A stretch of DNA of 64,000 nucleotides from contig NC_045707.1 in assembly GCF_009834535.1 (NCBI RefSeq), forward strand, positions 50,036,001 to 50,100,000, in the 5' to 3' direction. The notes beneath the pieces are model-generated. The model was not told the origin of the DNA and made no database searches. It saw only the letters and a list, made by a program, of their open reading frames with translations. Positions 52,301-64,000 of the stretch are shown here, piece by piece (the first letter of the stretch is position 1; the number at the start of each line of letters is the position of its first letter). Made by a program: the position numbers and the translations under genes. This DNA comes from Camelus ferus (taxonomy: Eukaryota).

Positions 52301-55179
52301 GGGTTTGAAGTAACATAACATTCCTATGATTTGTATTTTCTGTGTTCTCTGTGAGGCTCAAATATTTGAATTGCATACTCTTCAATCTTCTGAGTGAGAC
52401 TGTTTGGACTTTTGCAAAAACCACCCACTTGCCAGCCTTCAGGGTACCTCTTGTTTGAAGGTGAGGAATCCTGCGTAGTGTTAGACCTTGGATACTGGCT
52501 GACTGCATTTATAAACTACTACTTCCTGCATGGAGAGAGCGGGTGATAGGCAGATTGCTCTTGGAACAAGTGAGAGAAGAAGGCATGAAGCATAAAGTCT
52601 TTCCCTTCACCATGTCAGACAGACCTCTCTTCTGTCCCTTCTGTTCATCTGACAGCAGAGCCTGTGCGCCGTGCCTAGCCTGGGCACTCTGTCTTAGTTA
52701 AAACAAAAGGGCTACTTCTTTCTTTTTTGGGTGGGACAGAAGCCCATTTTTAAAATAAGCTATCTTAACCCTGCCTGTGTCGCACAATGTCACATCACTA
52801 ATTCATGCTGACTTCGTCTTCTTCAGACTGTCACAAGCTGAGCTGCACGTCCCGCCCCTAGACAAGAGCAAACGTTGCTTCTTGAAGGAGGAACTAAAAC
52901 TTAATGTGTGTGCCTGACACTTTTCTCCCGAGCAGTGCCCTGCTCTTTTGCTTATTTCGGTGGGAAGATGTAGAGCCGTGCTAAGGGATGCTAGTAGATC
53001 TTGGTAACAGAAGGGGGTCGAAGTAGCTATTCCAGAATAATTGCAGAAGATAGTAAGTAGGGGTCATGGTTAGTTATTTGAGAAGAATTTGTTAATGTTT
53101 TGATGGTTTCTAATTCTATAATGGCCAGGTGAGATTGCCTTAATCTACAAATTGCATAGGAAATGCTGTACAATATTGAGCAGGAAGGAAAACTTCCTTT
53201 AACTTAACTAAATATTTATATAAAAATATTTTGTGGCCGTGATTTATAGTTGAAAACTACAGGTGATCAGTTTAAATCTTGGAGCCTGAGATTGGGTCTT
53301 TATCTTAACCTTCTATTAATGTTGAAACATTATAATTTATGATAAAAAAAAATGACCACTCTTCTACCAATTTTGTATTTTAGTTTTAGCCATGGTATAT
53401 GTTGTTTTGGGCCTCAAAAAATGTTTTTCAGAGATTACCTAATAATAGCAATAGCAGTAATAATAATAATACCTAACACGTGCAACATTATTCTAATTAC
53501 CTTACATAAATTAAGTTATCAAATCTTCCTAAAAACTATAGAGTAAGTACCATTTTTATCCCATGAGAAATTGAGGCACATGTAAGTTAAATCTTAAAGC
53601 TAGTAAGTGGCAACTTGAGAGTTTCAGCCTCGTCACTCTGGTTCTATTCTGTACATTTAACTATTTCGATGCAGTGCTTTAATAGAATCAAAATTTAACT
53701 TCAACCTGTTAACGGATAATAAGTATCTATGTGCTAGATACTGCACTGGAACAAGACAGGCAGATTTCTTGCCCTTCAGAATTTGTTAGTGGCAGAGTTT
53801 GTGCTCATGGACTTCTCAGTTTGTGGATGTACCAGAACCTCAAAGTGGAATGGTACCTGTGAGGTCATATATACTAACCCTCCCTCGTGCATGAATCCCT
53901 TATTCAGTGATGGAGAACTCAGCCTCTCATAAGGCAGCCTACTCCACTTCAAGGCAACTGCAGTTATTGAAGGGCTCTTTCCTTTAATGAAAATGGAAAG
54001 CTAAAAGGTACTGTTAATATTCACGGAGGTGAGCTTGCAAAGAACTTAACCGTGTCACTGCCTCGGCATTTTTTCTTCATGGAGAAGTCTATAAGCTTAG
54101 TGAGAATTTTCTGCTCCATTTAATGCATGTGGCAGCAGCTTGCAGCAAAATATAGAAAAATATTGTTGCATCAAGACTTGCCCAGCTTGTAGAACCTCAA
54201 GGATTTCTCCATGAGAGATGCTGACCATTTCCATGTGATTTAGATTTTTCTGAGTAGTTGCAGTTTCAGATGGCAAACCAGATTGTATTTTTCATTGGTA
54301 AACAATTCTAAATGATTATAAATCAATAAAAAATGTTAAAAAAAAATTCTGTATCTACACTAGGTGGCAGTAGATAAAAGAGAATAACATGTCTGCAAGC
54401 AGTCTTTTGGAACAGCTAGCCCTAGACTGAAAGGAAAGTGAGTCAGCCTCAACTCTGGCTGATCAGAAGGAGGCTGTGCCGTCTGCTCTGTGGAATGGCC
54501 AGAAAGAAATAAAGGCGTTGGCCTGTTGGCCGACTGAGCAGATAGCCCTCCATTCTCACCCTGCACAATTCTAACTCCTTCTTTACCGCAGCGTGGGTGT
54601 TGTTGGGCACGTACACCTCTTCCTCTAACACAATTGGCTGGATCTATGTAAAAGCTTCTTAATACTTCCAAAACTACAGCTGTATGCCTCAAACTTGATA
54701 AGTGCTTTTGAAATCATTCCACTCCTCTTCCCATAGGCTCAGCCCTTATCACCACAGTCCCTGCTGTCTTGTCCTCGCTATTACCCTACTTTAATCTCGA
54801 TACAGGCTAATCTTTCTAAAGCACATTCTAGACTCCAGCTTTTCTGTGCCTTCCCAGATTCCTTCACTGCTCACAATTTGACCCTCGCCACCCTCTCACC
54901 CTGTGCAGAAGTATTCTGCCTCTATGCTCAGGATTGCATGGAACCTCATTGCTGTCCCTCTGTTTTTGTCTTCTAAACCTGTTTTAAAGGAGCCTTCTTA
55001 AGTTCTGTGTCTTCCCTGGGAAGGCTTTCTCACTAAGTGCTCAGTCAACAGTTTCTTCTTTGAGGTTCGCCAAGACACATTGTTGGTAACTGTTTATTTG
55101 ATATCAAGTTCTGCTATCTTTGTGGCCCTTTGTTGATTTCTTTGTATTCATAATGTTTAGTAAATAATTAGTGATCACG

Positions 55180-56800
55180 TGGTTTCTTTTTTTCTTTTGG
55201 TCTTTCTGAATTCTGAAATGACTTCCCTCAGAAGTAGTCACCATTCTAGTTAATTATTCCTTTGCTTCTCTTTTTAATTTTACTATATACGTTAGAATCA
55301 GTAATTAGATGTTACTTCATTTTGGAAGGTTTTAAACTTTATATAAATGGAATCACACTGCATATGTGTTTTTCTATAGCCTACTTTTCACTTAACATTA
55401 AAATCCTGAGATTCGTATGTATGGATTCTGAATTCATACATTCATATGTTGTTTGCACATAGTCATATTTCATTCGTTTTCACTGAGGTATGGGATTCTG
55501 ATGAATTTACTACAGTAGTAATTCCCATGATTTATGTATTCCACGCTGATAAACATTTGGGGGATTCTGATTGTTGTTTGTTTTTGCCATTACAATGTTG
55601 CTATAAGCAATGTCAGCATCGAGCTTTCTAGATTTTCCAGTCTACTGGGTGTTAAGTGGTGCTTTGCTTTAATCTTCCCTTTTCTAATTATTACTAATGT
55701 TTCTGAAAATCTCTTTATATGCTAGTTAAATGTTAGGTTTTCTATAATTTTTTCTTAGGATTGCTGTTCTTTTCACATTGCTTTGTAGGTTTTTCTTACA
55801 TATTTTCGATATTTGTCCTTTTTCATTTTTAGACATCATAGTATCTCCTCCTGTTCCATTATCTGATTGTTGACTTTATAGTATCTGTTGTTAAACAGAA
55901 ATCGTTAATTTTGGAGTAATCAGACAGATCAAATTTTTTTATTTTGTCTTATGGTTTTACTTTTGCAACTTTTAAGATGCCCTTCTCCACCCCAGGTCAC
56001 AGAGATATTTTTATACATTTACTTCTGTTAACTTTATAGTTTTCACGTAACATTTAGTTTTCTCATTTATCTGCTGTCTGTCTTTGTGTGTAATATTAGG
56101 CAGGGATCCATTTAATGACCCAGTTTTCTCAGGTACAAATCATCCTTCCTCTGTTGATCTGTGACACCATTTTTCTTTTGTATTTGTTTTTTATATAGAC
56201 GGGGCTCTGCTTCTGAGCTCTTTATGGTATAGCTGTCTGTTTGTTTAAGCCTTCTTTAACGTCTTTACGTGAGTTTTATTATTTTTTCCCATAAAAGTCT
56301 TATGCATATTTGTTGTATTCTGATGTATTTTAAATTTTTATTGTATTATAAGTGATGAATTTTTAAAATTTGCTTTTTTTTTTTTTTTTACTGTGTGTGG
56401 AAGTGCAAACATGCGGTTGTTTTTGTATACTGGTTTGAGATCTTATTACTTTTAATGATATAGCAGTAGATCCTTTGGGGATTTCTTTATAGATAATTAT
56501 ATATGAATGACGATTTTATTTCTTCTGTTCTAATTCTTACATCTTAACACTTTTATTTCCTTTTCTTGTCTTAATGAACTGGCTAGGATATTTTTCTGCA
56601 TCTTTTGAGGTGGGTCATTTTATTTTATTTTTAAAATCCCTTTATAGATGAATCCCATTGATTTTCTAATGTAGAAACATTTTTTTTCCCCTGGGAAAAT
56701 TTCAGTTTGGTCCTGATGATCTTTTCTTATATATTGATTTGATAAGCTAATATCTTATTTAAAATTGTTGTATTCATGTCATTGAATGTACCAATATATT
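55180..56800 (-). mobile_element. Very old L1ME-like region, antisense, ending ~100 bp before exon 10
   Basis: T-rich sequence with reverse L1 text (tttatataaatggaatcacactg, gacccagttttctcag). Confidence 0.65.
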
Positions 56801-56905
56801 TTAGTTTTAGAATATATTAGGAAATACCTCTAAATTGTTACAAATGGCATGCAGTTTCTTATGGTATAAAAATCTAATATTAGCTTTTTTAATATATATA
56901 CACAG

Positions 56906-56986
56906 ATTAATCCAAAGCTTGATGTAATCGATTTGCAGACCTCCACTCCCCCTGTTGTGGACATCCTTTCTTTTGATTCTACCACA
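56906..56986 (+). CDS. POC1B: POC1B exon 10 (81 nt; [27 protein letters not shown])
   Basis: acacAG acceptor; GTAAG donor; matches my recall of the human POC1B linker; phase 0-0. No later exons were found in the window. Confidence 0.92.
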
Positions 56987-57129
56987 GTAAGTTTCCTTTG
57001 GCATTTAAATGGTATTTAATTGTTTGGCACAATTCATTTTCCTTAAAAATTGTGTGGGAGAGGAGATTAAAAAAAAGGCTAAGTAGCCTTACATCTTAAC
57101 ATAGAAAAAACTTTGTACCAGTCATACTT

Positions 57130-57162
57130 ACAATGTGTCTAAATGGCCACAAGGGGGAGCAG
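57130..57162 (+). promoter_or_regulatory. Candidate CTCF site (core TGGCCACAAGGGGGAGCAG at 57144-57162 plus upstream module)
   Basis: Close match to the CTCF core consensus, with an ACAATGTG module 6 bp upstream. Confidence 0.65.
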
Positions 57163-58582
57163 CACCAGTTTTAGAAAAGTTTTAATTTGATGACTTTCAA
57201 TCTAATCCACATTCACTGTCTCATCTCCTATTAGGGTGCCGCCCACGTGACACTCCACTTGCTGTCACAGAACAGATTCCTTCTTTGGTAATTGCCTTTC
57301 AGAGGTGCTAAACTTACTTCTGGTCTCATTAGAAGCTGTAATCGAAGTAGCCATTTCCCTTTGTTCATCTCTCTTGATGGATGATGCAGAAATTAAGAAG
57401 TACTTCTAACACATGCAATTTTGTTTTTAAAAAATTGCATACATACAGTTTATTTACTCAGTGTGTCCAAAGTCTTCACAAATTGAGAGTTTTAGCCTTT
57501 CCACTTGAGACTGCTTAATCTTTGCAAGGCAGGTCACTTCTGCCGTCAGCTCTGCTAGTCAGGGCAAAAGCAGTCATGAAAACAAATGGGAGGAGTGGCA
57601 TGGTCTTTGGCAACACTACTGTGATGATGTCAGTATAGTTAAATATTTGGGGTAAATTAACACGTGGCCAGAAAAAACAAACAAACACTTGACGTTACAT
57701 TACAAACTCTCCACTAGATCTCAAGAATTATACCTATTGTAAAGGAATTCTGCAGAGGACTAGTCTATCTTCAGTCTGTCTTGTATCAGGAAGAAGTCTG
57801 CTTATTAAAGGGTCTTTTCAGTGTTAGTCCCATGGCACAGAAAACTCCTAGGTGACTCATGAGAAGTTCCAGAGGCAGGAAGTCAGCTGGAGGGTCAACC
57901 TAGGGACTGATTGTCGAAGAAGTCCAGGAATCATTGGTGACAACTGGAACTTCAAGTGGGTCTGTGGCCTTGTCTGTTACAACGTTCATGTTTGTAAAAT
58001 AACCCTGTGAGCATTCCTGCATGAATAACTTACTTACAACATTAAAAATTAACTAGACACTGAGTTCTTGCCACAGTTCTTACCTTATAGTAGGTGCTCA
58101 ACATATTTATGGTTCAGTGAATTACCCGAAAGGCATGCTGTTGGAATGTACAAATTGTGGTGAGTTGGATTTTTTCTGTCCCGGAGCTGCTTTCTTTTGA
58201 GGTAGTCTTCAGGCTTAATTGCATGTTTCTGGACTGGAGGATATCAGAGATCATCAGAAACCTTGGGTCCATGCTTTGAGACTCACTCTCCCTGCTGGAG
58301 CCCTTCCAAGTTTGCAAAGCCTCATGACCTGAGGAATCCAGGTGTTCTTGATAGTGTGCTATAGAGGTGGGCATACCTGTCACCTAGCACGTGATGGCAG
58401 GGTGTCTGTCCCTGGGTGGGGATGCAGATGTGCCAGAGTCAGTGTGTCTAAGTCACAGGGCCCTAACTCAGAAGTACAGTATGTGGGACTTTGAGAAGAC
58501 AGAGCACTGACAAGTGTGCAGTTGTGCTACAGAAAAGGATAATAAGACTGAAAAATACAGTTGTTCTTCACATAAGGAATAA

Positions 58583-58663
58583 TATTAGGCTGAATTATGT
58601 GAAATTGCCACTATGTAGGCAAAACGGTCTAATATCAATGATTTCCCATGGTTCAACCCAATA
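58583..58663. mobile_element. MADE2-like mariner-derived MITE
   Basis: ~80-bp imperfect palindrome TATTAGGCTGAATTATGTGAAATTG...ATTTCCCATGGTTCAACCCAATA. Confidence 0.8.
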
Positions 58664-60759
58664 TATAAGCATTAAAAGAAAGACTCCACTGTTGTTTGAA
58701 GTTGTGTGCTTGATGCTACATAAAAACAAAACAAACAAGAAAACACAGACAAAAGCTTGTTTGCTCTAAATTGGTTTGGGATTAGGCTGCTGAAGTCCCA
58801 GCTAGGTAGATTTGTTTAAAATCTGGAAGATAGCTGCTTACTTCCAGGCAAGCTAAAGACTCCTGATTTTGTTTATTTTACTAACACATTTTCTGAAGAT
58901 ATAGGTGCTCCTAAAGCATTTAGATTTTTATGAGGAATATCTTTAAAGTGCTTTCCTTTATATTTTCAAAGTATGTATCTTTCTTTTAGCTCATTGGGTT
59001 AGGAAACTAAAGTGAAGTCACTATAATTATTTGCCTTTCCATTAATCTAGTGGTAAGTAATTCTTAATCTGTAATCTCCTCTATATATTGGCTACTTTTC
59101 TTTTGCGTCTGCATGACAAATCAGACATAATTGTAAAGGAGATTTGTTTCTATTCTGGCATGAAGCACTATTGTGGTGTGAACTTTGCATGTGATTATAA
59201 TTTAAAAACCTAGTGAAATATTGGAAGCCAAAAAAAGCAGTGTTTGAAGGTGGTTTGGGTTTTTGTTATTGTGGTTACTGTTTATTTGGGGGGATCGTTT
59301 GTTTAGTTTTTGTAGACTGGAAGAGTATTTCCTTAAAAATGCATTTTCATCAAGATGAGATATAAAAAGGTTACTCTTCAAACCTTATTTTGTGAAATTT
59401 CTTAGTAGGAGAAAAGCAGATTTATTCCGGTGTAAGAAATAGTTGGCTTCTACTCCTGTTTTGACTTGATTTAATATTATATTCAGGATGATTTATAGGT
59501 TAGAGTGTACTGCTGTCTTGTCTGTGCTCTGAGGCCTTCCTACTACAGAGGAGAAACGATGGCATACAAACAGTTGGTGTCTTCGAGGCTTGCACTTGTG
59601 TCTCTCCTGCCAGGCAGGAAATTTGATACAATATTTCAGGATCAAAATAAGCTGTTGCCAATCTGTATTTTTAAAGCTATGTTGTAAAAAAATGTTTCTG
59701 TAACGGGATAGATATACTGGCTGTCACATAGACATAGTTTTAAAATGTTGATCTCAAATTTCTGAGTCTTTATTCCAATTATGTTGTCACTTGTCATATC
59801 CTGATTTTTTAAATATTATTTAGTTCAAGATTCTCACTGAGTCTTTTACTATTTTCATTTATTTGTCATCAAAATTGTAAGAGGGCATTTAGCATTAGCA
59901 TTGACATGTGACACGGCTACGTGGGGTGTTCCAGATCCTCCCGCATCGTCAGCCCTTCTCCCCTAGAAGGCAAGCAAGACTGGAATTTCTCTTCTGTATC
60001 TTACTATGAAGTATTAAAAAAAAAATCCTGGCTAAACAAAATTTGTTTAAAATACTCAGTGATTATTAAAATTGTTATTTTTAGGTAAATATATTCCTAA
60101 ATTTTGATGTATTTTACTATTATTTATTCCACAAATGAACAAAATGAAGTTGACAATCTTGCTAGTATCCTTCTGATTGACTGTCAGAACACTGGGCTCT
60201 TCTCAGAGAACAGGAGGAGTACTCTCGTACTCATTTTGGCAACTGTGTAGGTGATGGGCATGCCTTTCTTTAGGATTGGGACAGTTTTCAGGTTAAATTA
60301 ATTCTTCACAATAAACTGAGAATTTACAATTTCATTATAGGAAAAAAATCAAGGTTTATAGTCTTTTTTGCTCCATCAGTCAAAATATTTAAAGCCAAAC
60401 TGGATGGAGGGGTTATCCGAGATACTGAAGACAGGATGTCATGCTGGCTGCCTGACCTCAAGAAACTTAAAACCTAGCTAGAGAGGAATTTCGTTAGTAC
60501 AAGAAACAAGTGGCAGTTTCAGTGTACTTCAGATGCCAAGTGTAATGATTGTCAGTTCGTGACCTGACCAGAGATGGGTAAGGTTTTGATAGGGACATTC
60601 CAGCTGGTGGAAAGTATAGATGCCTCAGAAGTAACTGAAAATACAGTATGTACCTCAGTAATAAAAGTGCCCCCATCTAATCCTGAGTCTTTACAGCGCC
60701 TGACTCAGTGGATAGCAGCTGTGTGGTAGGATACTGGGAGCACACCCACTCACACACTT

Positions 60760-61405
60760 TTGGTTCTCAGTGTTTCTTGAGTAATGATGTGCCACTCACT
60801 GTTCCTGACTTTAGAAAATGTGGACAAAACAGAAATACCTGCCCCAGAGAAGCCTACATTCTATATTCTAGTGGCGGAGACAGGCAATTCACAGATTCAA
60901 AAAAAAAAAAGACTGTATAGTATAGTAAATGGAAAAAATGCAATGGCGTGGAAAGCACTGAAGTCAGATAGGAAGACGGGTGCATTTGGATAGTTTGGCC
61001 GGGACAAGAGTCCTGTGAAGGGCGACGGTTTAGTAAAGAACTGAAGGAATGAAGGGATCAAGTGAGATGAGTATCTGGGGAGGCACTCCAGGCCAGTGAG
61101 AGCGTGCCAAAGGCGAGACTGGGAGTGAGGAGGAGCCCCTGGAGGGTTTCCTTTGGGGGTGGGGGGGCGTGATCTGACTTACGTCTTAACAGGTTCACTC
61201 TGGCTGCTGTGTTGAGAATCAGCTGAGGGTGGTGGTGGAGGGGAGCAAAGAGACTAATTAGGACACTAATGGAACAATCAGACAGGAGGCAGGTGTCCCT
61301 TGATCCAGGGTGGTAGCGGAGGAGGTGGTGGTGAGTGATCTGATGCTGCGTGTATTTGGAAGGCAGGGCCAAGAGGATTTCGTGACAGACTGGATGTCAG
61401 CTGTG
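60760..61405 (-). mobile_element. L2 fragment
   Basis: cctacattcta...ggagacag, tcactctggctgctgtgttgagaat, ggatttcgtgacagactggatgt motifs. Confidence 0.75.
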
Positions 61406-62560
61406 GGATTCCCTGTCTCCTTTCCCCAGGGAACAGTAAGGTGCAGCCCTGAGTAATTTCAGGTTAGCCCAGATCATCTCTCATCATTTTGCCAGAAGGG
61501 CTGTTGAGAGAAAAAGACTTGTGGTTTCCTGTCTTCTTTTCTGGGATCAGGAAAGTGATCAGCTGAATCAGTGCAAGAGATACTGTGCTGTTTCTGTGAC
61601 TTTGAGAAGCACAGTCGTAAAACATAGTCTTCCTTCCTAAGTGTCCTTTGGATTTGCATTTTTCAGCAAAGTTCACTAGTTTCCCTTTTGGAAAAATTGT
61701 TGCATCAACCTATTTTTAGGAAGAAAAAGTTATACCCTTTCATGGAGGTTGTCATATGGTATATGCTCTCTGAAAAAATGTTAATGTATTGACAAAATAT
61801 ATGGACATAAAAAGAGTAAAAGTGCAGATACAGAGAGGATATCTCCATGGATGTTGTGGCAACAGTGCATCCTGGTAACTAGACAACATTGCGTAACTAG
61901 TTCAGAGTTATTCCAGCTTCTAACTGCTTATGTAAGCAAAGATTTGGAAAGACTTACTTGAAAGAACACAGTGTATGCAAACTTAAATGTCTCAAGACTA
62001 AAATTTATAACTTTAAAAGTGTAAAGTGGTAATATACAATGTGTTGTCCCCAGATACCCCATTTACTTTTCCAGGAAAATGTATAAAAATCATGGTGCAC
62101 AAACCTCCTGCTTCCACTGCTTTTCTGCATGCTAGCATTCCTGTATTTACATATAGACAACCTCTAAATTTGGAGGAAGGTGAAGTTCTAAGTTTTTAAA
62201 CTTTGCAATGGTTTGTAAGGTAGCATTTGATTTATAAGCTTAGTGCATATGATTTCTGAAACTAGGTATGTTCGTAAGTTTGTTGTTGCTTACTTAGATT
62301 TAGGAAAAAGACATTTTTATGGTATCTTTAGGCAATGGTTCAGTGGCCCGTGGTGTTTATCTTCTGCCCACCCCCACCTTGAGTGTTTGAAAGAAGATGA
62401 ACGTAGGCATGTGTAAAGTCTGCCTCTGGACTCACTAGTTGCTGGTGCTTTTCACAGTCTATCCTCATTTTATTAAATGATGTTTAGTTTTCATTTCAAA
62501 TGATAGTGAATATGTCGGGTGGGATACAGTGAAACAGTATTTTTTTTTATCCATTGACTC

Positions 62561-62754
62561 AAAAAGTTAGTGTGTATACATACATATATTCATTTTCATA
62601 TTCTTTTTCATTAAAGGTTATTACAAGAAATTGAATATATGTATGCATATGCATGACTGGGACATTGTGCTGTACACCAGGAAATGACACATTGTAACAA
62701 TTAAAAAAATAAAATAGAATAAAATTAAGGTCACACATTCTTAAAAAAAAGTTA
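62561..62754 (+). mobile_element. Short, young L1 3' end with 5' inversion, flanked by TSD AAAAAGTTA
   Basis: 62575-62639 is antisense and 62640-62709 is sense relative to the L1 3' UTR at 17853-17985; TSD at 62561-62569 and 62746-62754. Confidence 0.8.
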
Positions 62755-64000
62755 ACATAATTCTAAGATGCTTAGTAAAAAGAGGAATGCTTATCAGGCT
62801 TGAGAAGCAATTTTAAAGCATCACCCTTAAAACGGAAAGAAATGAAGTAATTAAAGTGTCAAAGCTTTTAAAAAGAAGACATACAGGATAATTAACAGAA
62901 GTAAATAAGAAAAAATACACTTCCACAAATCTCTTTCCATTTAGAATAAAAATAACATTTATATTTTTTTCAGATGCAAGTTAGAGAAAACATCAGAGAA
63001 GAAGAGATTATTTCCAAATTAGTTGCATCCTTGCTTTTGAAGTACATCATGACCCATATGTTATAAAAACTACCAACAGTTGTGACTGTGATAGCTGACC
63101 TTTAAAAAAACGTGTTTTGGGATTGTAAGAAAAAAGCCAACCAACTAAAACTTTTTAGTCTGTTAAAAGAACGTGGCTGGGTTTTTTTTTTTTTTAAGCT
63201 GATTAACTAAGACAGTACCACTGTAAAAAGAGATTAATAGTGTGGATCAGAGGCTTTCTTTTTTCCTCCAAATAAAATTTACTTTTTGATTTAAAAAAAA
63301 TAATAATCATAAGTCCCCAGTGTTTGATTTAACTTTCCTGAAGAATTTGCTAATTTGAGCTTCTTTCCCTTTAAGTTTCAAGGTCACAGGGAAAGAAAGC
63401 TTATCATCAATAAGTGTTTCCTCTTAGCGAAAAGTTTATACTGATTACATTTTTAAGCATGATCTCACTTAAACGATACTTTATGCAGTGAAACTGGTCT
63501 TTATAACCTGTTGATAAAAGTGATTTAGGACTTAACTTTTCTTCATGAAATGTAAAAAAGAAGAGGGTGGTGTGGAATTCTACAAAAGGATTTTATAAAA
63601 CATGCTGTTTGGGAGCCCAACAGAGTAAATAAGTTTTTGAATTTCCTTTAGAAAATTAGCACATTTTTGGGAACTGGAGGTTTTGAAGTTCCAGGTATTA
63701 TTTCTGCCTTCCAACTTCCTGAGCTACTGTATTTCTAAACCGCCACAGTCATCTGGACAGTCCGGGGCCTGGGAATCTCAGCCGCATCCCCGGTTCCCAC
63801 AGCTGAGACTGAGGCATGCCGAAAATGCCCGACAGCCCTCAGCCCACACGTCCAGGAACAACTGGTTCCTTCCTCTTCCTGTGGAAGAGCAACATCCTCT
63901 GAGATGAGAGACATGCACCCTGAGGAATGCAAGAACAGCAGTGCGCTTTTCACACAGGAAATGACTCCGGGAGCGCTGGGAAAGGCTGGTCTCCTGGACC

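Overview
Mammalian genomic DNA containing the 5' part of POC1B (WD40 centriolar protein) on the + strand. Coding exons 1-10 were recovered by eye; all have GT-AG boundaries and consistent phases, giving 1113 nt or 371 codons. The exons for the C-terminal coiled coil lie beyond the window. The intronless gene GALNT4 (4263-6011, polypeptide GalNAc-transferase 4) is nested in the same orientation in the 21-kb POC1B intron 2, and both genes share one CpG island. The rest is intronic DNA rich in old L1, L2, MIR, MaLR and DNA-transposon fragments. I saw no Alu, B1, Bov-tA, PRE1 or Can-SINE, and the L1 and ERV1 families look cetartiodactyl, tentatively camelid. Most notable observations: (1) several phase-1 splice acceptors in or just before GALNT4 could fuse POC1B exons 1-2 in frame to GALNT4, keeping or removing its transmembrane anchor; (2) a ~98%-identical 123-bp inverted duplication of ancient L1 sequence; (3) a MER41-like solo LTR with a GAS site and a perfect palindromic octamer cluster; (4) a tiny twin-primed L1 insertion with an apparent 3' transduction; (5) a CTCF site with an upstream module after exon 10. 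The POC1B-GALNT4 read-through is already annotated in human, so I do not claim a wholly new system. Repeat family names come from recall of consensus sequences and their boundaries are approximate.
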